In this document: positions 1 to 8,533 of the stretch, one piece after another
Position numbering within the stretch: the first letter of the stretch is position 1
Layout of the letters: each line of letters opens with the position of its first letter
From: Desulfobacterales bacterium
GTDB lineage: Bacteria; Desulfobacterota; Desulfobacteria; Desulfobacterales; SURF-7
DNA length: 64,000 nt
Assembly (NCBI GenBank): GCA_028277765.1
Contig: JANQFQ010000035.1
Span: 38,615 to 102,614, forward strand
Reading direction: 5' to 3'
The notes under the pieces: generated by a model
Databases searched by the model: none
What the model saw: only the letters and a program-made list of their open reading frames with translations
Told to the model about the DNA's origin: nothing
Position numbers and translations under genes: made by a program

Positions 1-142
1 ATTGGAGGTAGATCTTACTTCAGGATGTAAGATCGAGACTGATTCGTTTGCCCTTTGTATGGCCAGTAATGATGGCAAGGAAGGGACAACAGCGTTTGTG
101 GAGAAAAGGGATCCGGTGTTTAAGGGAAAGTTAAATAGTTGA
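1..142 (+). CDS. Enoyl-CoA hydratase/isomerase (crotonase) family protein, C-terminal fragment running off the 5' edge
   Basis: Frame-2 reading frame is open from the window edge to TGA at 140-142. The tail ...SNDGKEGTTAFVEKRDPVFKGK fits the crotonase C-terminal EG..AF.EKR.P.F.G signature. Confidence 0.6.
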   Translation, partial: LEVDLTSGCKIETDSFALCMASNDGKEGTTAFVEKRDPVFKGKLNS

Positions 143-163
143 TTATATGCTTTATATGGTAAT

Positions 164-335
164 GAAATCTGAAATCCGAAGCACGAAATCCGAAACAATA
201 TTAAATGACCAAAAACTAAATGTTCGAAACGCTAGTGACTTATTTTATCAATAATTTTTCTTAGAGTTTTGAACATTTGGACATTTGATATTCGGATTTG
301 TTTCGGATTTCGATATTCGTGCTTCGGATTTATAT
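164..335. repeat. Family-1 (AATCCGAA-word) imperfect palindromic element, copy A
   Basis: The left arm carries the core CGAAACAATATTAAATGACC. The right arm is GTTTTGAACATTTGGACATTTGATATTCGGATTTGTTTCGGATTTCGATATTCGTGCTTCGGATTT. The arms are mutually reverse-complementary around a ~30-nt non-conserved loop. The same element recurs at 762-918, 18421-18590 and 19968-20166. Confidence 0.7.
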
Positions 336-369
336 CTAAATTAATTGAATTATAACAAAGGAGATATCA

Positions 370-765
370 GTGACGACTTATAAGCCCAATACACATCTAG
401 AGATAAACCATGACTTATCAGGTACACCTGTAGAAATTAATGAGACAGGCAGCAGGGTGTCATTTATTGCCACACAAGACATGGCTGCTGATGACAAGGG
501 GCTGGTCCACGGCGGCTTTGTGTTTAGTCTGGCTGATTACACGGCAATGGTGGCCATCAATGATCCAAATGTGGTTTTAGGAAAAGCAGATGTGAAGTTT
601 TTAAAACCGGTTAAAGTGGGGGATGAGCTTGAGGCTGTTGCGGAAAAACTACCAGAAGATGGAAGGAAGCTACCGGTTAAGGTGAATGTGATGCGTGGAG
701 ATGATACAGTGTTTGTGGGGGAGTTTATCTGTATGATAACACCCAAACATGTATTAGACTTATAA
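370..765 (+). CDS. Hotdog-fold thioesterase (PaaI/4HBT-like)
   Basis: 131-aa ORF with a GTG start after GGAGA. The segment GLVHGGFVFSLADYTAMVAIN and a beta-rich C-terminus are typical of PaaI-type hotdog thioesterases. Confidence 0.7.
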   Translation: MTTYKPNTHLEINHDLSGTPVEINETGSRVSFIATQDMAADDKGLVHGGFVFSLADYTAMVAINDPNVVLGKADVKFLKPVKVGDELEAVAEKLPEDGRKLPVKVNVMRGDDTVFVGEFICMITPKHVLDL

Positions 766-918
766 ATCCGAAATCCGAAGCACGCCAAATCATAAAATCT
801 GGCCGAAACAATATCAAATGACCGAAATCTAAATTTTCAAAACCCTTGTAATTTCTTTATTGGGTAAAACTACTTAAAGTTTTGAACATTTGAGCATTCG
901 ATATTCGGATTTTTTTCG
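762..918. repeat. Family-1 palindromic element, copy B (right arm truncated)
   Basis: Left arm is ATAAATCCGAAATCCGAAGCACG...CGAAACAATATCAAATGACC. Right arm is GTTTTGAACATTTGAGCATTCGATATTCGGATTT. It fills the whole gap between two convergent genes and overlaps the TAA of the thioesterase gene. Confidence 0.65.
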
Positions 919-919
919 T

Positions 920-1462
920 CTAGAATGTTTCCTTGTGCGTAAAATCTTCGATCTCTCTCCTTTTAGGCGCAGACGGAATTTTAGCAGGATACCCTACCGG
1001 TAGTATGGCAACCACTTCATGACCTTCGGGAATATTGACGACCTCATTTGCCTTGTTGTGATCAAACAGGCCGACGATGACGGTACCTAGCCCTAAAGCC
1101 TGGGCGGCAAGGCACATATTCTGGGTGGCTATGCCAAGGTCAAACATGAACCAGTCACCGAATTTGGTGGGAGTTTCGCCCTTGTAATAACCTGAGCTTT
1201 TCAGCTTGCCGCAGATAACAAGAACGACAGACGCGGCGGTTATTGCTTTTGTGGCAGGGTTTTTCATGATCATTGTCCCCTGCAGCTCTTCTTTTTTGGC
1301 CTGGTCCTTTACGACAACGATTTCCCAGCACTGGGTGTTGGTCCAGGAAGGGGCCCATTGTGCTGCTTCGAGAATCTGGTTGACCATTTCATCTGAAACA
1401 TCTTTGTCTTCAAAATTGCGGACACTCCGTCTCTCTTTTATCACATCAAATATATCTGGCAT
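920..1462 (-). CDS. Nitroreductase family protein
   Basis: RRSVRNF near the N-terminus and VGYPA near the C-terminus are nitroreductase-fold hallmarks. The start was moved to the ATG at 1462 because the first ATG lies inside the GGAGGA RBS (aaATGGAGGAAACCATG). Confidence 0.8.
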   Translation of the reverse strand: MPDIFDVIKERRSVRNFEDKDVSDEMVNQILEAAQWAPSWTNTQCWEIVVVKDQAKKEELQGTMIMKNPATKAITAASVVLVICGKLKSSGYYKGETPTKFGDWFMFDLGIATQNMCLAAQALGLGTVIVGLFDHNKANEVVNIPEGHEVVAILPVGYPAKIPSAPKRREIEDFTHKETF

Positions 1463-1490
1463 GGTTTCCTCCATTTATATAATTATGGAA

Positions 1491-1609
1491 CACGGATGAC
1501 GCGGATTAAATGGATTTACACGGATTGATTGTTTAACAAAAAAACCCCGTGCAATAGCACGGGGTTTTATCAGTGAAAATCCGTAACATCCGTGTCATCC
1601 GCGTGCTAT
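1491..1609. repeat. Family-3 (CGGATGAC-word) palindromic element with a central terminator hairpin
   Basis: Left arm is CACGGATGACGCGGATTAAATGGATTTACACGGATTG. Right arm is GAAAATCCGTAACATCCGTGTCATCCGCGTGCTAT. Related copies lie at 19147-19329 and 28581-28616. Confidence 0.55.
1538..1569 (-). terminator. Rho-independent terminator downstream of AOR-1 (usable on both strands)
   Basis: Stem CCCCGTGC / GCACGGGG (8 bp, loop AATA) is flanked by an A7 run on one side and TTTT on the other. It lies 40 nt past the AOR stop. Confidence 0.6.
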
Positions 1610-3471
1610 CAAAGCAGTTCAGCAAGGTCCCCCAGGTTCAGTTCTTCAAGCTTTTCCTTGGTCGGTTTGCCGTCAGAGTCAATTCCGCGGATCTTATAGT
1701 ATTCCTTGAGCATCAGGTCCATATCAGGCACAGAGCCTGCTGTGGGACCGCTTTCCATTGCTGTCATGATCCGCTTGGGAAGTTTTTCATCCTCGGCAGT
1801 CATGCCCATGAGGTTTGAAAGGCCCCGTTTAATCAGAACAAGGCGTTCAGCGGTCTGGAGAAGCTCTTCCTGTGTAAAGTCTTCGCCGGTTATGGTTTTG
1901 TGCGCGGCAACCATATCATCAAAACTGAGCGTGCCCATTACATAAAGGCACATTGAGGTGGCGTTACAGATATTTGCAAGGCCTTCTGATTTGGTGGTCA
2001 TTTCAGCTTTGCCTTCGCTTTTCTGTGCCTCGTAATCACCGGTCAGGCCGAGTTCAGGATATTTGGCGAAATTCTCTTCAATGAGAAAATGGATGCTGTC
2101 CGTGTGACAGCTGCCGCGGGCCGGTATGACCTGGCAGAGACCCTGGCCGTGAAATCCGCGCGGGTCATGCATGGGAACTTCCATCCCTTTTACTTCAATG
2201 GCAAAATCAGCGGCATTCCCGCCGATTTTTTCAGCAGCAATCCGCGTCCCTTCGGCCAGTACATCACCGATAGCTTCACGTTTGCCGATTTTATGGATCA
2301 TTTCAATGATCGCTTCAGCATCACCCCAATTAAGTTCAATGCCGCCGGTGTCTTTTGTTGTGATCAGACCGTTTTCAAAACACTCAAACGCGAATGCAAT
2401 GGTAGAACCACAGGAGCATGTGTCCAGGCCGTATTTGTTGCAGAGCTCATTCGCCTTGAATATCGATTCAAGGTTATCGTTCATGAGCATCAGCCCAAAG
2501 TTCAATACCGTCTGGAATTCAGGCCCAGGGCCTTCATCCATCTGGAACGGGCCTTCGTCAACCTTGACCACTCGTTTACACCCGATTGGGCACGCATGAC
2601 ATGACTGGTTCCGGGTCAGATGGTTTGTTATGGCAAAACCGCGGATCGGTTTTGCGAAAGCATAGAGTTCACCCTGTTGCCAGTTCTTGCCGCAAACTCC
2701 GCCGTGCTTTGTGCCGGCGACCATGCCGATAGCAGTACCGTGATTGCGCCATGCCTTGGAAAGGTCAGCTTCAGCAATTCTCGCCATAGCATCATCCATT
2801 GCTTTTTTAAATCCTTCAGGATCGGCGATGGTAATACTATTGGTCCCTGTGACCACGATGGCTTTCAGGTTTTTGCTTCCCATAACAGCGCCCAAGCCGC
2901 ATCTGGCTGCGAAATCGCCTTTGTCACCGGCGATCCCTGCAAACTTCACGAGGTTTTCACCACCCTGACCGATGGAGAGGATCTGTATGTCTCTCCCAAC
3001 CCATTCATCTGTCATCTCGGCCCTGATGGCTTCGTCTGTTTCATATACATCCTTACCCCACAGGTGTGACGCGTCCCTGATTTCAACCTCGTCATCATCT
3101 ATCATGATATAGACAGGATCATCTGCTTCACCACTGACGATTATGCCGTCATATCCCGCGAATTTTAGCTGGGCCCCGAAATGGCCGCCGCAATTTGCTT
3201 CACCCCAAAGGTTGGTCAGGGGTGATTTTGCCGCAACACCAAAACGGCCGGATCCAGGGAAGCCGGTTCCGGCAAGGGGGCCTGTCATAATGAACAGATG
3301 ATTTTCAGGAGATAACGGTTCTACATCCTGCAGGCCGCGGTCCAGAAACAGTTTTGCCGCAAGCCCTGATCCCCCGAGATATTCGCGAAGTATCTCATCT
3401 TCAATCTCGAAAGTATCATGTTCCTCTTCACTCAGGTCGATTTCTAAGACCTGTCCTTGATAACCCTCCAT
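1609..3471 (-). CDS. aor: Tungsten-type aldehyde:ferredoxin oxidoreductase (AOR-1)
   Basis: 620 aa with an AOR N-terminal domain (GGSGLAAKL, GPLAGT, KSPLT) and Cys-containing motifs (CHACPIGC). It is a full-length paralog of the ORFs at 9495 and 21824. A GGGAGGA RBS precedes the start. Confidence 0.9.
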   Translation of the reverse strand: MEGYQGQVLEIDLSEEEHDTFEIEDEILREYLGGSGLAAKLFLDRGLQDVEPLSPENHLFIMTGPLAGTGFPGSGRFGVAAKSPLTNLWGEANCGGHFGAQLKFAGYDGIIVSGEADDPVYIMIDDDEVEIRDASHLWGKDVYETDEAIRAEMTDEWVGRDIQILSIGQGGENLVKFAGIAGDKGDFAARCGLGAVMGSKNLKAIVVTGTNSITIADPEGFKKAMDDAMARIAEADLSKAWRNHGTAIGMVAGTKHGGVCGKNWQQGELYAFAKPIRGFAITNHLTRNQSCHACPIGCKRVVKVDEGPFQMDEGPGPEFQTVLNFGLMLMNDNLESIFKANELCNKYGLDTCSCGSTIAFAFECFENGLITTKDTGGIELNWGDAEAIIEMIHKIGKREAIGDVLAEGTRIAAEKIGGNAADFAIEVKGMEVPMHDPRGFHGQGLCQVIPARGSCHTDSIHFLIEENFAKYPELGLTGDYEAQKSEGKAEMTTKSEGLANICNATSMCLYVMGTLSFDDMVAAHKTITGEDFTQEELLQTAERLVLIKRGLSNLMGMTAEDEKLPKRIMTAMESGPTAGSVPDMDLMLKEYYKIRGIDSDGKPTKEKLEELNLGDLAELL

Positions 3472-3499
3472 ATTGTCCTCCCTTTATATATTTTATATT

Positions 3500-3609
3500 A
3501 GTGCCTAAAGTTATAAGTGCCTAAAGTTGATGTATCGCTTCGCTCTATCATTTTTAAACAGGCAGAATTCCACAACTTAAGGCACTTGTAACTTGTAACT
3601 TAAGGCACT
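3500..3609. repeat. Family-2 (GTGCCTAAAGT-word) imperfect palindromic element inside the operon spacer
   Basis: Left arm is AGTGCCTAAAGTTATAAGTGCCTAAAGTTGATGTATCGCTTCGCTCT. Right arm is CCACAACTTAAGGCACTTGTAACTTGTAACTTAAGGCACT, its imperfect reverse complement. Confidence 0.65.
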
Positions 3610-3615
3610 TTTTTA

Positions 3616-5208
3616 CTACCAGTCCTTTTTCGCTTTCAAAACAGGTATCCGGTCAATAACCGTATCTATCCTGTCAAGAATTCCCGGTGGATTTGCCAGA
3701 CCTTCTGGATCGAACGCATCCTTTACCTTTTTTGCATAAAGGTGGAAGTTCGGACCGTAGTTGGGGCCGTCAAGGGATGCTGGAGAAATCGCTTGGTTAA
3801 AGAAACTCAAAGCGCCCGCATCGATGACGATCTTTGGCCCAGCAATAGCATAATAGTCTAAAATCTTTTCAACATTTTCTTCGGTTTCATATGGTTCTGC
3901 GTAATTCATGAATTCCAGGTAGCCGTTGTGACCGAAGTCGTTGAGCTGAAACCATCCTGGATCATGATGGTCATCCATGAGGGGCGGTGTATATTTTTCT
4001 TTAAGGTCAGCGAACTTTTCACCCATCTTGACGCTACAGTCCAGTGAATCAAGCTGGCCGGTAACTGACATGTTGGCGCCGGTTAGCCACCACATGGTTA
4101 CCGCGTCACAGCTCTGCATCCAGGAACCATCCACCTGCCGTGTCCGCCGATGCTCACACCCGTGGTTTTCCGCGATCTGCATCAATACTTTTTCTTCGTA
4201 CTGAAGCTGTTTTCGGGAAGTATACCCGATGAGCATAACCCGGAGAATCGCTGTTTCCGCCACCTCTTTACGTTTCTGTTCACGGTCTTCCATCCAGATC
4301 TCATGGAATTTTTCCTTGTCCCTTGCCCGAGCCATGTACCGCCAAGAGATAGGGACGCGGGTATTGGCTGCCCCGATTTCACAATGGCCAATATCATACA
4401 TAAAGTCGACCATGGTCTTTTTGTCAGGGCATGTAAAATTGTACCATTTCATTCTCTCTTCAGGGAAGAGGAAGAATGTCCATGGGGTTGTACCCACAGG
4501 AACAAGTTTCTCTTCATGAAATGGAAAGAGCTTAACAGTCATTTTTGTAACAATGCCCATGCTTCCGTGCCATCCGATACTCCCCCTTAAGATACCTCTT
4601 AAGTCAGGGCCGATACCTTCTCCCCAGAATCCGTCTTCTCCAGATGCAAGGGAGCCGATCTGTACGATTTCGCCATCAGGAAGGATCCACTCAGCACCCA
4701 TGATCCTGCGGTTGGCAAGGCCGGTCCTGTATGTCAGGGGGGAGTAACCCCAGATCAGTGTGTTCGCGATAACACCTACTTGTGAACCCCCGCCCGGAAC
4801 CATGGTATAAAGCCCATTATTCATGGCTTCAGCCTGGAGCTGTCCGAAATTTATTCCCGGACCGACAGTGGCGTTCATGTTTTTCGCGTCAATTTCAAAA
4901 TGCTTCATCCGCTTGAGATCAAGCAGGAGCGCGTCTTCATTTGACGGGCTTGCAGTGGGGAACCAGAAGGTGCTTGAGGGTGTGTAAGTGATCTTGTGCT
5001 TACATGCCACCTTGACAATCTTCTGTACTTCCTCTGTTGATCCCGGGAGCAGGACAATTTCGGGTATGGTGGAGAGGGCTTTAGCGTCTGTATTGTGCCA
5101 CGCCCTGTCACCGCCCATTACATAAGCCTGGCACACATCCCTGTCCTGGGAGATGTTATCCGGCCCGACGATTTCTTCAAGTTCTTTATATATTTCTTTA
5201 GATATCAT
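3616..5208 (-). CDS. FAD-binding oxidoreductase (PCMH-type FAD_binding_4 / FAD-linked oxidase C-terminal)
   Basis: 530 aa. It has a PCMH-type FAD-binding region (LLPGSTEEVQKIVKVA) and a C-terminal KDAFDPEGLANPG motif typical of GlcD/VAO-type flavoproteins. Its start overlaps the upstream stop by 1 nt. Confidence 0.75.
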   Translation of the reverse strand: MISKEIYKELEEIVGPDNISQDRDVCQAYVMGGDRAWHNTDAKALSTIPEIVLLPGSTEEVQKIVKVACKHKITYTPSSTFWFPTASPSNEDALLLDLKRMKHFEIDAKNMNATVGPGINFGQLQAEAMNNGLYTMVPGGGSQVGVIANTLIWGYSPLTYRTGLANRRIMGAEWILPDGEIVQIGSLASGEDGFWGEGIGPDLRGILRGSIGWHGSMGIVTKMTVKLFPFHEEKLVPVGTTPWTFFLFPEERMKWYNFTCPDKKTMVDFMYDIGHCEIGAANTRVPISWRYMARARDKEKFHEIWMEDREQKRKEVAETAILRVMLIGYTSRKQLQYEEKVLMQIAENHGCEHRRTRQVDGSWMQSCDAVTMWWLTGANMSVTGQLDSLDCSVKMGEKFADLKEKYTPPLMDDHHDPGWFQLNDFGHNGYLEFMNYAEPYETEENVEKILDYYAIAGPKIVIDAGALSFFNQAISPASLDGPNYGPNFHLYAKKVKDAFDPEGLANPPGILDRIDTVIDRIPVLKAKKDW

Positions 5209-6503
5209 TATAAACCACCCTTTCCAGTTAATGCTTCACATAATATCTGTGTAATATCATATGTTTTAACTGACTTACCGCCGTCTTTCACCGCTTCTGA
5301 CAAGTTGTCAACGCAGTATGGACACGCGGACACAACAGCTTCAGCACCAGTATCTGCAATTTCGTTCAGTCTGTCATTGGCCGTGTCCTGGGCAAAATCA
5401 GGATAAGCATCAGCCACACCGCCCCCAGCACCGCAGCATAAAGCATTCTCTTTTTTGCGGCTGATTTCCTTAAACTTCAGTCCGGGGATACTCTTTAAAA
5501 TAGCACGGGGCTGTTTGTAGACACCGGTATCACATCTCCTGTACTCCTTGATCGGCTCTGTACACCCGAACCTGCCGCGTGTTCCGTGCCATGGGATCCA
5601 GTTGTCGCTAAGCCGAGCCAGGTTGCAGGAGTCGTGATAGGTTACCGTCATGGGGACCTCATGGGAGGGCTTAAGAGTTCCATCCTCTATCTTTTCAGCT
5701 GCAAGCTCTGTGATATGAATGATCTTGTAACCCATTTCATCCGTGCGTTTATCCATGATCTTGGGATAATCTACCTTCCAGGTTTTGTAGCATTCGGCAC
5801 AGCTGGTCACAATGGTGTCTGCTCCAGATGCCTTGAGTGTGTCAATGTTCTTTTGGGCTTGTTCAATTGCCGCATCTAAAGCACCGCTAACGTAAATAGG
5901 ATTTCCGCAACATTTTTCATCCGGGAAAAGAGCGTAGCCTATATTAGCAGCTTCAAGGATACCGATGGTTGCCTCAGCAATTGCTTTGTTTTTATAAGAA
6001 CTGTTGCACCCGACAAAATACAGCATTTCCGGATTCTCAGAGAATTTGGCATCCGCGGGGAGCCAGTCAGCCCTCTTGTCATGGGGGGCACCATACCGAT
6101 TTTCGCTCTCCGCGATAGTGTCAGTGACTTTTTTCAGGCCTTCAGGGGGCTCATGGCCATTGTCAATCGCCCAGATCCTGAATGTTTCCATGACCATCAA
6201 CGGATCAAGGTCAAGATTTCTCTTGCATCCAGCGTCACAGGCACCGCATAGGTTACACTTGTAAAGGATGTCACGGGTTGAATCTGTAAACTCACCCTGC
6301 TTATTGAGCATCCTCAGTGCGACTTTTCCGCGTCCAAGAGCTGTATATACGTCAAAATTATAACGGATCAGGCTAGGGCACCTGAAGGGGTTTTTTGCTC
6401 CTTCGCAAAAGACGTAGTCAACATAGATACACCCCCTGCAGCCGCAGCAGCCCTGCGCGTCCCAACGATAATCTTCTAAACTCAGATTTGTTCTTTCAGT
6501 CAT
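5208..6503 (-). CDS. (Fe-S)-binding protein with two CCG domains (GlcF / HdrD-like)
   Basis: N-terminal ferredoxin-like Cys motifs are present (CCGCRGC...CP, CNLCGACDAGC). Two CCG cysteine-rich repeats follow (VGCNSSY...CCGNP; YHDSCNLAR...CCGAGGG). An AAGGAGG RBS precedes the start. Confidence 0.8.
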   Translation of the reverse strand: MTERTNLSLEDYRWDAQGCCGCRGCIYVDYVFCEGAKNPFRCPSLIRYNFDVYTALGRGKVALRMLNKQGEFTDSTRDILYKCNLCGACDAGCKRNLDLDPLMVMETFRIWAIDNGHEPPEGLKKVTDTIAESENRYGAPHDKRADWLPADAKFSENPEMLYFVGCNSSYKNKAIAEATIGILEAANIGYALFPDEKCCGNPIYVSGALDAAIEQAQKNIDTLKASGADTIVTSCAECYKTWKVDYPKIMDKRTDEMGYKIIHITELAAEKIEDGTLKPSHEVPMTVTYHDSCNLARLSDNWIPWHGTRGRFGCTEPIKEYRRCDTGVYKQPRAILKSIPGLKFKEISRKKENALCCGAGGGVADAYPDFAQDTANDRLNEIADTGAEAVVSACPYCVDNLSEAVKDGGKSVKTYDITQILCEALTGKGGL

Positions 6504-6518
6504 AGCTGTTTAACCTCC

Positions 6519-7958
6519 TTAAAAACAGAGCGCGCCGGGTTTCATCACGCTGTTGGGATCAAAAATAGATTTGATCTTTTTCAGCATTCCGGCATAGCCG
6601 CTGGCGTTGTCATAAATCATTTTAGACATTACTTTTCCGTAAGGCCTTGTATAATGGGCTTTCAGCTTCAGGGTCTCTTCAATGGCAGCAGTATATACTT
6701 TTTCAGCCGCTGCTTTTTCATCAGCATTCTCCTCATCATAGAAAATATTAAATTCCACATGAGTACCTGAAGCAAAATCGATCGGCTGAATGTATACGCC
6801 AATATCATCGGGATTGTATCCATTGCTGTCTGCTGCTTTCATGACCGCGTCAACAAAAGCTGGCGTTTTTTCAAGCTTGGCGATAAAAAACAGATCCTGA
6901 CAAGCGCCCTTTGGCTGGTCTTTCCAATAAGTCTTCTCAGCCGGCCATGGATTTCTCAAAAGGCTGGGCAGGATATCAGTGGATCCCGCACCCGGTATTT
7001 CTTCAAGAAGCTTGGAAGAGGAGAACTGACTGGCCCGCACTTCATTGAGGGCCTCTTCTTCATACGCGATTTTTTCTTCAGGGAACAGCCTTCCGCCTGG
7101 CAGAACAATTAAAATAGACCATGGCGGCATAGAACTTTTAATGCCTGGGTTTTCCAGAACAGTCGCTAGATTCTGACTGTTCAGGACAACACACTCTTTA
7201 CCCAGCTTTTTCAGCTGTATAGCATAAAGGGCATTAACCAAGTCTTCGAGTTTGTCAAACGGTATTAAAAAGGCTTTGTCAATTTCAGGCAGAAGTTCAG
7301 TCTTAATATTAGTCCATGTACACACACCCATTGTCCCCTGGGCGCATTCAAGAAGCCTCATGGGATCAAGTGGTCCTGGTCCGTAAGGATAACACCCACT
7401 TGCAAGACTGTCAGGGTACTTGATGGAGCTTGCGCTTCCTGTCCTAAAAAGTTCGCCTGTTGGCCAGAACATCTCTAAAGACATGATCCGTTCACCGAAT
7501 TCAAACTGGGCGTTCAGCATCGGGTCTCTTTCAAGGATGCTTGTTAGCACAGAACTGTTTGCACGCGGGAGAAAAGGATTATTTATCATCAGGTTATCCT
7601 TTTTCAGTACAGCACCCACTTCGGCCCATGTCACGCCTGCTTCGACCTTTACTTTCCTGTTCCTGTTGTCTGGTTCTTCAATATTTTTCATATTACTGAG
7701 ATCCAGTAGAATGCCATCTTCGCAGGGCGTTATACCTCTGCTATGGTCGCCTGAACTGGAAAGAGTTACCGGTGTTTTCTGATCATTTGCCAGCTGTATG
7801 ATTTTTCCGACTTCATCAGAACTTTTAACCGAAACCTTAACTCCCGGCATCTGGGTCGGTTCAAGGGACTGCCCCTTGATCAGGGGCGCGATATCGTCCT
7901 GACTGTCTGAAACGCCGCTGTCACCCACTATTTTAATTAAATCTTCCTTTAAACTCAC
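6519..7958 (-). CDS. FAD-linked oxidase (GlcD-like)
   Basis: FAD_binding_4-like N-terminal half and a C-terminal KSIFDPNSVMKPG motif. The start was moved to the GTG at 7958 because AGGAGG sits 7 nt upstream of it, inside the longer track ORF. Confidence 0.75.
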   Translation of the reverse strand: MSLKEDLIKIVGDSGVSDSQDDIAPLIKGQSLEPTQMPGVKVSVKSSDEVGKIIQLANDQKTPVTLSSSGDHSRGITPCEDGILLDLSNMKNIEEPDNRNRKVKVEAGVTWAEVGAVLKKDNLMINNPFLPRANSSVLTSILERDPMLNAQFEFGERIMSLEMFWPTGELFRTGSASSIKYPDSLASGCYPYGPGPLDPMRLLECAQGTMGVCTWTNIKTELLPEIDKAFLIPFDKLEDLVNALYAIQLKKLGKECVVLNSQNLATVLENPGIKSSMPPWSILIVLPGGRLFPEEKIAYEEEALNEVRASQFSSSKLLEEIPGAGSTDILPSLLRNPWPAEKTYWKDQPKGACQDLFFIAKLEKTPAFVDAVMKAADSNGYNPDDIGVYIQPIDFASGTHVEFNIFYDEENADEKAAAEKVYTAAIEETLKLKAHYTRPYGKVMSKMIYDNASGYAGMLKKIKSIFDPNSVMKPGALCF

Positions 7959-8447
7959 AATGTTTCCTCCTAAATTAAATTTATTCAAAAACTATATTTT
8001 TATTGATACTGAATTCGCAGTGGTTCGGTAAAAAAAACGTAATGTAATATAATAAATTATGTAAATCAAGACAAAAAAGTTTCCTTTCTCAAGAAGTACA
8101 ATATTTATGCCAAGGAGTGTTTTAGAGGAGTAAGTGTTTATTTTTACATTAGATAGTTTAATTCTAAAAAGTGCTATCAAAAAGATATTGATTATGGATC
8201 GGACAGTGGTGGCAAGCCATGGGCCTGGAAATATATTTATATAATTGAAATGATAGAATAAAAACCCAATCGGGCAATAATGACTGAAAGCAGGGCGGTA
8301 AAAATTGAAGAGATAAGGACCAGGAGACCAGGGTTCTAAGTTCCTTTACAGGTAAGTCTTTTCATTTTACTAATCCTTGCTGATCAGTTCAATCTATGTC
8401 ATCTGTTTTCCATTGGCGGTATTTGCTGATTATGCAACAAGAATTCC

Positions 8448-8476
8448 TTGACATTTTTTAGGCCCGCCAATATAGA
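8448..8476 (+). promoter_or_regulatory. Possible sigma70-type promoter for the thioesterase/AOR-2 genes
   Basis: TTGACA (8448-8453), a 17-nt spacer, then TATAGA (8471-8476), about 58 nt upstream of the ATG at 8534. The -10 element is imperfect. Confidence 0.3.
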
Positions 8477-8533
8477 CTGTAAATTTCAGGAATATTTATA
8501 TTAAACAAGAAACTATAATAAAACCAAAAGAAT

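Noticed and set aside
2089-3069. Long plus-strand ORFs (171, 142, 149 and 74 aa) lie antisense to AOR-1. Similar antisense ORFs occur inside AOR-2, AOR-3, the FAD oxidases, EF-G and the CrtI-like genes.
   Set aside because: They lie entirely within strongly supported genes on the opposite strand. They have Ser/Pro/Ala/Arg-rich low-complexity translations and no RBS. This is the typical shadow-ORF pattern.
1609-3471. The AOR paralogs might be BamB-type class II benzoyl-CoA reductase subunits.
   Set aside because: No BamC-I-like (HdrA/NuoEF-like) genes are adjacent, and the lengths (606-620 aa) and N-terminal motifs match ordinary aldehyde:ferredoxin oxidoreductases. Only a phylogeny can settle this.
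7989-8533. I searched the large divergent spacers (7989-8533, 16685-16954 and 23672-24074) for sigma54 -24/-12 promoters (TGGCAC-N5-TTGC).
   Set aside because: No site with correctly spaced GG and GC elements was found by eye. Only weak sigma70-like candidates are reported.
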